Part shown: in pieces, positions 57,321 to 64,000 of the stretch
Layout: each line of letters starts with the position of its first letter
Position numbering within the stretch: the stretch's first letter is position 1
Source: Squalus acanthias
Lineage: Eukaryota
Reading direction: 5' to 3'
DNA: 64,000 bases
NCBI GenBank assembly: GCA_030390025.1
Contig: CM059431.1
Span: forward strand, 133,798,001-133,862,000
The notes under the pieces: model-generated
What the model was told of the DNA's origin: nothing
The model's database searches: none
What the model saw: only the letters and a program-made list of their open reading frames with translations
Position numbers and translations under genes: made by a program

Positions 57321-58375
57321 TTTTAAAATTCAATCATGGGATGTGGGTGTTCATGGCAAAGCCAGCATTTATTGCCCTTGAGAAGGCGTTGGTGAACTGC
57401 CTTCGTGAACTGTTGCAGTCCTTGTAGTGAAGGTACTCCCACAGTGCTGTTAGGTAGAGAGTTCCAGGATTTTGACCCAGCGAGAATGATGGAACGGCGA
57501 TATATTTCCAAGTCAGGATGGTGTGTGATTTGGAGGGGAACTTGCAGGTGATGGTGTTCCCATGAGCTTGCTGCCCTTGTCCTTCTAGGTGGCAGAAGTT
57601 GCGGGTTTGGGAGGTGCTGTCGAAGAAGCCTTGGCGAGTTGCTGCAGTGCATTTTGTAGATGGTACACACAGCAGCCACGGTGCGCTGGTGGTGGAGGGA
57701 GTGAATGTTTAAGGTGGTGGATGGGGTGCCATTCAAGTGGGCTGCTTAATCCTGGATGGTGTCGAGCTTCTTGAGTGTTGTTGGAGCTGCACTCATCTAG
57801 GCAAGTGGAGAGTATTCTATCACACTCCTGACTTGTACCTTCTAGATGGTGGAAGGGCTGTGGGGAGTCAGGAGGTGAGTCACTCGCCATAGAACATCCA
57901 GCCTCTGACCAGCTCTTGTAGCCACAGTATTCATGTGGCTGATCCAGTTAAGTTTCTGGTCAATGGTGACCCACAGGATGTTGATGGTAGGGGATCCAGC
58001 AATGGTAATGCCGTTGACTGTCAAGGAGTGGTGGTTAGATTATCTCTTGTTGGAGATAGTCATTACCTGGCACTTGTGTGGAGCGAATGTTACTTGCCAC
58101 TTATCAGCCCAAGCCTGAATATTGTCCAGGTCTTGCTGCATGCGGGCACGGACTTCTTCATTATCTGAGGAGTTGCAAATGGAACTGAACACTGTGCACT
58201 CATCAGCGAACATCCCCACATCTGACTTTATGATGGAGGGAAGGTCATTGATGAAGCAACTGAAGATGGTTGGGCCTAGGACACTGTCCTGAGGAACTCC
58301 TGCAGCAAAGCCCTCAGGCTGAGATGATTGGCCTCCAACAACCACAATCATCTTCCTTTGTGCTACCACAACCAT
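57321..58375 (-). mobile_element. 5'-truncated CR1-like LINE fragment (RT C-terminal half plus 3' end)
   Basis: GVPQDSVLGPTIFSCFINDL..FADECTVF..QQDLDNIQAWADKWQVTFAPHKC; WNSLP; short A tail at the left boundary. Confidence 0.85.
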
Positions 58376-58608
58376 CTTCATTTGATACAAAGCTAATGAA
58401 GGTGGTAGACTCCAAAGCTGAACAAGATAAGCTACAGGAGGATATGAATATTCTTGGGAATTGGGCAGATAAAATTCGATGTAGAGAATTGTAGTGCTTC
58501 ACAAGGGGTCAAAAATCCAGAAAGGGACTATTACTTAAATGGAAAGAAAATAATGTGTATGGAAAATGAAAGAGATCTGGGCATCCTGATTGATAATAAA
58601 TTGAACAA

Positions 58609-59188
58609 AGAACATAAGAATTAGGAGCAGGATCAGGTCATACGGCCCTTCGAGCCTGCTCCGCCATTCAATAAGATTATGGCTGATTTTTGACCTCAAC
58701 TCCACTCCCGCCTGATCCCCATATCCCTTGATTCCCCATGAGTCCAAAAACTCTATTCATCTTAGCCTTGAATACACTCAATGACTCAGCATCCACAAAC
58801 CTTTGGGGTAGAGAATTCCAAAGATTCACAACCCTCTGAGTAAAGAAATTCCTCTTCATCTCAGTCTTAAATGGCCGACCCCTATCCTGAGACTATGCCA
58901 CCTAGTTCTAGATCCTCCAGCCAGGGGAAACAACCTCTCAGCATCTACCCTGTCAATCCCGCTGAGAATCTTATATGTTTCAATGAGATCACCTCTCATT
59001 CTTCTAAACTCCAGAGAATATAGGCCCAATCTACTCAATCTCTCCTCATAGGACAACCCTCTCATCCCAGGGATCAATCTAGTGAACCTTTGTTACACCA
59101 CCTCTAAGGCATGTATGCCCTTTTTCAGATAAGGAGACCAAAACTATGCAGAGTACTCCAGGTGTGGTCTCACCAAAGACCTGTACAA
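58609..59188 (-). mobile_element. CR1 3' fragment
   Basis: MIPGMRGLSYEERLSRLGLYSLEFRRMRGDLIE..FFTQRVVNLWNSLP; ends in a CTTATGTTCTT-type tail. Confidence 0.88.
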
Positions 59189-59668
59189 TAATCCTTGGTG
59201 AAAGTAATTAAAGAAAATCAGATATTAGGATGTATTAAAAGGTCAATATTGAGCTGAAATAATGAGGTAATTCTGCCAATTTATAAATCATTGGTGCTAA
59301 CACACTTAAAATACGGTGTACAGTTCTGTTTGCCACAGTACAAAAAGAATATTGCAGTTATTGAAAGGATGCAGAAGTCAGAAACCAGAATGATTGAGGG
59401 ATGGAAGGATTGGATTATATGATTACCTATATTGGGCATGTTCTCACTGAAAAGATAGAGTTGAGAGGTGATAAGGTTGCCGGTTTTAGGATTCTAAAGG
59501 CTAGAAATTCGTTGTAGCCAAGGAATGGGCGGTGGCAGTAGAAAAGTTGGAGAATTAGTGCCAGCCGCAAATGCTTTAGACTGCACGAAAAATTAATGCT
59601 CACTGCTCACTAAAATGATTGGAGTCCTAAATCAAGTCTTAAAACCCAAGCTCATTGGCGTTACACTT

Positions 59669-59990
59669 CAACAACAACAACAACAACTTGTATTTATATA
59701 GTGCCTTTAACGTTGTAAACCATTCCAAGGCACTGCACAGGAGTATTTTAAGACAAAAAATTTGACACCGAGCCACATAAGGTAGATCAGGTGACCAAAA
59801 GCTTGGTCAAAGAGGTAGGTTTTAAGGAGCATCTTAAAGGAGGAAAGAGAGGTAGCGAGGCGGAGAGGTTTAGGCAGGGAATTCCAGAGCTTAGGGTCTA
59901 GGCAACAGAAAGCACGGCCACCAAAGGTTGAGCGATTATAATCAGGGATGCTCAAGAGGGCAGAATTAGAGGAGCGCAGATATCGCCTGG
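59669..59990 (-). mobile_element. L2-type LINE 3' fragment with (TTG)n tail, nested in the Harbinger
   Basis: LRSS..GGRAF...PKLWNSLP..LR...SLSSFK..LKTYLF; (CAA)n on + at 59669-59688. Confidence 0.78.
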
Positions 59991-60180
59991 ATAAAGGGTG
60001 GACCAATATCAGGTACAGTCTAATCGCAATTCATCATTCCCACAGGCTTTATTCACTACTTAAAGGGGAGGTTCGTTGATGCTGCAGCACCTTATTCTCA
60101 GCATTGCTGGCTGTGCAGCTGCCTCAGCAAGCAGAAACAGAACAAGGAGAAGGAGCCAGAGGACTGAACCAGGTGTGCTC

Positions 60181-62110
60181 ATGGCAGGTCCATGCCCCAG
60201 GGAGAGAGCCCGCAGATTCTCCGATGAAGCATTGGAGGCATTGGTTTTTGCTGTGGAGAGATGGAGGGTGATGCTCTACATGGCAAGTGGCAGGAGGCCC
60301 TCACCACAAGTCTTCCACACCATGTAGAGAGAGTTAGCGCAGCATGTCTCAGACAGCACTGTGGTCCCCAGACCCAAACACAGTGCAGGAAGAAATTTAA
60401 TGACCTCACTTGGGTGGTCAGGGTGAGTGAATGCTTCAACAAATGCTACATACCACCATCTGTACCACAATCTTCACACACTGCCCAAAGTACACACCCA
60501 CCAACAATCTCTACCTACTAACACTCACACCCACATCTCACACCTTGCACACAATGACAACTATTCAACTATGGCAGGCACATCACCCTAACACATTGCT
60601 CCACACTCACTCACACACTTTCCTTTCTCTTGCAGGCCAAGGCATCTCACAACAGGAGGGAGCAGGAGCGCACAGGCGGGGGACAAGACGACACCCAAAC
60701 ACTGTCTGCACTGGAGAATCGAGTGCTACAAATCATTGGGCACCAGGTGGTGGGCATCGTGGCCACCGGCGATGTTGACCCCCTTGGGGAGAACAATGGT
60801 ATGTTCATCCCTACTCCTTCTTCTCACATTCCTACTCCTTCTTCTCACATCCCACTTCCCCCTCACTCCACAACCATTTCGCACTTTCCAGCTAATCATG
60901 CTGCATGCATGCATTTCTCCATTCCTGCCCCCCACCCCTCACCTTAACCCGACTCTTGTGCCTTTATGCTTTCAGATAATCAGCAAGCACCTGAGCAGCC
61001 TGTCCCTGATGGAAAGGTAGCGAGCGAGGGGGGAGAAGAGGAGGAAGGAGAACACAACGCGTCACTGCATCTCTCACCCGCAGATACCAGCTCAGATTCT
61101 GGCACTATGCATTCTTTAGAGGCTAGCATAGTAGCGGAATCTGCACAGGGTGAGGCACTGGGGACAAGTGGGCTGCAGCAAGGCCAGGGGGAAAGGGTAG
61201 CTTGGGGACCAGCTCCCCGGAGGGCGAGTTCACGTGCGGGTTCTGCTGCACAGGACTCAGATGAGGACCTCAAAGGGGAGACGTTTAGGAGAAGGGTGAT
61301 GGGCATGCACACAGAGAAGATAGGTACAATGGCAAGGGTGCCCGAGAGCCTCTCGGCAATGATAAGGAGCATGGATGAGTCCACCTCCAACAATGCACAA
61401 GGCTCTGCGCACAACATGGAGTCCATCATTTCCAGTCTGCAAAGGATGGTAGAATCTCAGAGAGACTGTGGTGACCAGACCTGATGCCGTGTGTGATGGG
61501 CGATCTGGCAGCTTCCATTGCAGCATAGACAGAAGCGACGCAACGTCTTAGTGCTGTAATGCAGTCTATGCTTGGTGGCATCCAATCTCAGACTGCTCTC
61601 ATGCAGTCTCAGCTTGATGCCACACAAGCTCTGACTGCTGCCATCATGGCTGGGTCTATCACCATCGACCGGGGCTTTCACGATGTTGCAGCAGGCCAGC
61701 AATCTGTGCTCCAACAGATTGCTAGGGATGCTGAGTTGCTGCCCCGGGGGAGTGGCAGTGGGTCAGTGGAGCAGGAACCTGCTGTCTTCTCTCAGGATGA
61801 CAGCATTCCTGCTCCCACCACTGCCACTCCTCCATTGCCCTTGTCGCTGCCTGTCATCCAGCCAGCCCAGACTGCTGCCGCCCATGCTGAGGTGGTGCAG
61901 TCCACAGTCAGGCCTTCCAGGTCCAGAGTTGGTCGAGGACATCCTGCAAGGCCATCTGAAGTCTCCCGCATGGACACTCAGCAGCCTTCCACCAGCCGTG
62001 CTGCAGCCATTGGGACAACACTTCATAGAAGCACTAGAGCAGGAAAAGGCACAGTAACAACAGGCAGTAAGGGATTGCACAAGGGTGAAAAGTCAATATT
62101 TTTGGTGTAA
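60181..62110 (+). pseudogene. Harbinger Myb/SANT pseudogene (exons ~60181-60422, 60636-60798, 60976-~62110)
   Basis: RERARRFSDEALEALVFAVE..QTQCRKKFNDL, AKASHNRREQERTGGG; frameshifts near 60320 and 61480. Confidence 0.85.
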
Positions 62111-62251
62111 ATATGCATCCACTACTTTTTGATAAATGTATTACTTCACTTACCATTCTTTTGTGATGTCTCTCATTTCAGCTTTGCACAGTGATATGGC
62201 CTGCAAGAGGGATGGAATGATGGGGATGTGGTAGAAAAGGGGATCTGGGGT

Positions 62252-62530
62252 TTAAGTCATCCTGGTGTGAGGCTGTAGGTCTGTTTGGAGGGGGTGGCAG
62301 AGTTCTGTGACTACCTCCTTGGTGAAACGGAGCCAACTAATACACTGCACCTCGCTTAATTGAAGGTAGGAGAAGTGCTCTTGGAATACCCTCGGAGGGT
62401 AAGGCTTCCTGGTGAGAGCCCTGATGTCTCTCCTAATCTCTCTGCGCACATGTTTCTGTATTTTCTCGTTGCCGACGCTCCCTCCACCATAGATCCTGGA
62501 GGGCGAGGTGGCATGCCAGTACAGCCCCCA
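62252..62530 (-). pseudogene. Harbinger transposase 5' remnant (catalytic region deleted)
   Basis: YPPRVFQEHFSYLQLSEVQCISWLRFTKEVVTELCHPLQTDLQP matches YPPRVYREQLSYIHMSEELCLRRLRFSKEVVTELCHLLQPDLQP of the intact copy. Confidence 0.85.
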
Positions 62531-63235
62531 TTAATGTTACCAAGTGTAGCAATTTGAATCTTTGAAGAATAAATGTAGCCACATTTTAGTTGCCAGAAGA
62601 CTCCTGATACAAAAGAACCTTGAAATTATAGAATGAAACTGTTGCAGTGGGTGAAACTAACAAAAAACCACTGAAACTACATTAACCTGACAGCTGCGAG
62701 TGATTACTGATGATCCCTTTAAATAACATCCCTGGAGCCAGCTTCCTGGTGCTGCACACCAGCTCTCCCTGTCAGTGTTTACTCCAGGTTGTGAGCTAAG
62801 TGGCGAGAATCAATTTTATAAATCGGGCGGTCAGTGAGTGTTGCACATTCACTGATATCACAATCCACCTGGCGTTGACGTTACCGGCGATACCTCTTAG
62901 CTGTGGCACTACGGGGGGAGCTGGATTTGGCATGTGACACTGGATTTGCCTCACCCCGGCGAAACTGGTCTAGCACACCATTAGTGCCATCTAACGGGAA
63001 GCGCTAAAGGGACGAATTTTTCCCCCTAAATGTTTCGCCTTGTCCAGAAATGTAAAACAGAGGACATGACCTGCATAACATGAGTAAATTCAAAACTGAT
63101 CTTTGGAAACATTGGGCCACGTTTTGCTGGAGCAGGGTATCTCATGGCCTGCCCAGTTAGTTAGACTTTCTTTTGCATCCTTCAGCTCAAAAGTTTTTTT
63201 GCCCAAGAAGTTGCTGGAAGTGCGAGTTCATAAAC

Positions 63236-63425
63236 GATCTAGAGCTAGGAGTCACAAGCACAGTGGCTACATTTGCAGATTAAAGCTAATGAAGGTGGTA
63301 GACTCCAAAGCTAAACAGGTTAAGCTACAGGAGGATATGAATATTCTTGAGAATTCAGCAGATAGGTGGCAGATGAAATTCAATGTAAAGAACTGCCGTG
63401 ATTCACAAGGGGACTAAAAATACCT
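63236..63425 (+). repeat. Second copy of the old LINE segment, lacking the insertion seen at 57321-58375
   Basis: AGAGCTAGGAGTCACAAGCA..TGCAG followed almost directly by AAAGCTAATGAAGGTGGTAGACTCCAAAGC matches 57277-57314 joined to 58389-58470. Confidence 0.8.
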
Positions 63426-63898
63426 GTGAGGGCAACAGGGCATGTGGATGAACAAGGGGCAGTGTATCTCCTTAACCAATGAAATTAAAGGATCAAGAAA
63501 TAAACAGAGGAAGACCTGAGCAGGAGGGCAAATTAGAGTGGGTGAATTCAATGTCAAATCTGGTACAGAAAGCAAAATAAAGAGAGGGAAAGAAAGATTG
63601 GATTAAGAGAGAGAAAAAGAGACAGAAAGGAAAAGTAAGATTTTTTTTTAAAAATTGACATTTTTAAAAATCTCCAACAATCATTCACTGCCTGCAGGAA
63701 TGAGACTCCACACTTTTAATTATTCACTTTCTGGGGCAGACAGGTTGATTGGCAGTCATTAACAATTGTCATGTCAGTAAAAGGGTACTTGCCATATAAA
63801 TTACTTGACTTGATTTTCTGTGGTGAGTTTAATTGGCAATTAATGTGTAAATGCAGCAACTTCATGAAACTCACATAGGTTAAGTGTGAGATGCTGTT

Positions 63899-64000
63899 TT
63901 TATAATAGGGAACAAAGAAATGGCAGACTAATTAAATATATACTTTGGTTCTGTCTTCACAAAGGAGGACACAAATAACCTCCCAGAGATGTCGGGGAAC
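63899..64000 (+). mobile_element. Start of another CR1 ORF2 fragment
   Basis: IIGNKEMAD*LNIYFGSVFTKEDTNNLP is homologous to IMGNGEMAETLNKYFVSVFTVEDTNNIP at ~49205-49290. Confidence 0.75.

Larger units (their letters stand above)
57232..59497 (+). mobile_element. Old degenerate CR1-like LINE broken by younger insertions (pieces ~57232-57320, 58383-58608, 59190-59497; resumes ~63027-63130)
   Basis: The pieces read as consecutive RT/C-terminal residues: GPLLF..ELGV, DTKL..KLQEDMNILGNWADK, ERDLGI, LYKSLV..HLKYGVQF, RGH. Confidence 0.65.
59498..63026. mobile_element. Internally deleted Harbinger element with TAA target-site duplication
   Basis: Ends AGGCTAGAAATTCGT / ACGAATTTTTCCCCC; TAA at 59495-59497 and 63027-63029; contains a Myb pseudogene and a transposase remnant. 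Confidence 0.85.

Overview
Vertebrate genomic DNA, inferred from its repeat content to be cartilaginous fish (shark-like), with no recognisable host gene. It has three parts. (1) About 707-11207, minus strand: a near-complete endogenous retrovirus-like provirus. It has a 1.6-kb 5' LTR (TGTA...TACA), a tRNA-Arg PBS and a coiled-coil Gag with an overlapping PSAPPSY late motif. Gag joins pol through a UGA-CUA readthrough junction; pol carries PR, RT (YVDD), a degenerate RNase H tether, a second retroviral-type RNase H and IN. The intact env resembles a paramyxo/pneumovirus-type F protein with an extra N-terminal Ig-like domain. This architecture best fits lokiretroviruses; the 3' LTR is absent. 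(2) About 11214-40790: a ~29.6-kb pyrimidine-rich satellite of CC(CC)AGTTTGTGTTT(CT)n units with kb-scale higher-order duplications and degenerate edges. All long ORFs in it are artefacts. (3) About 43.6-64 kb: a transposon nest. It contains three co-oriented Harbinger/PIF elements, one apparently intact (3-exon Myb/SANT gene plus DDE transposase), a near full-length CR1 LINE with 44-bp 5' monomers, and several nested LINE fragments. All family assignments come from motif recognition by eye, not from database searches.
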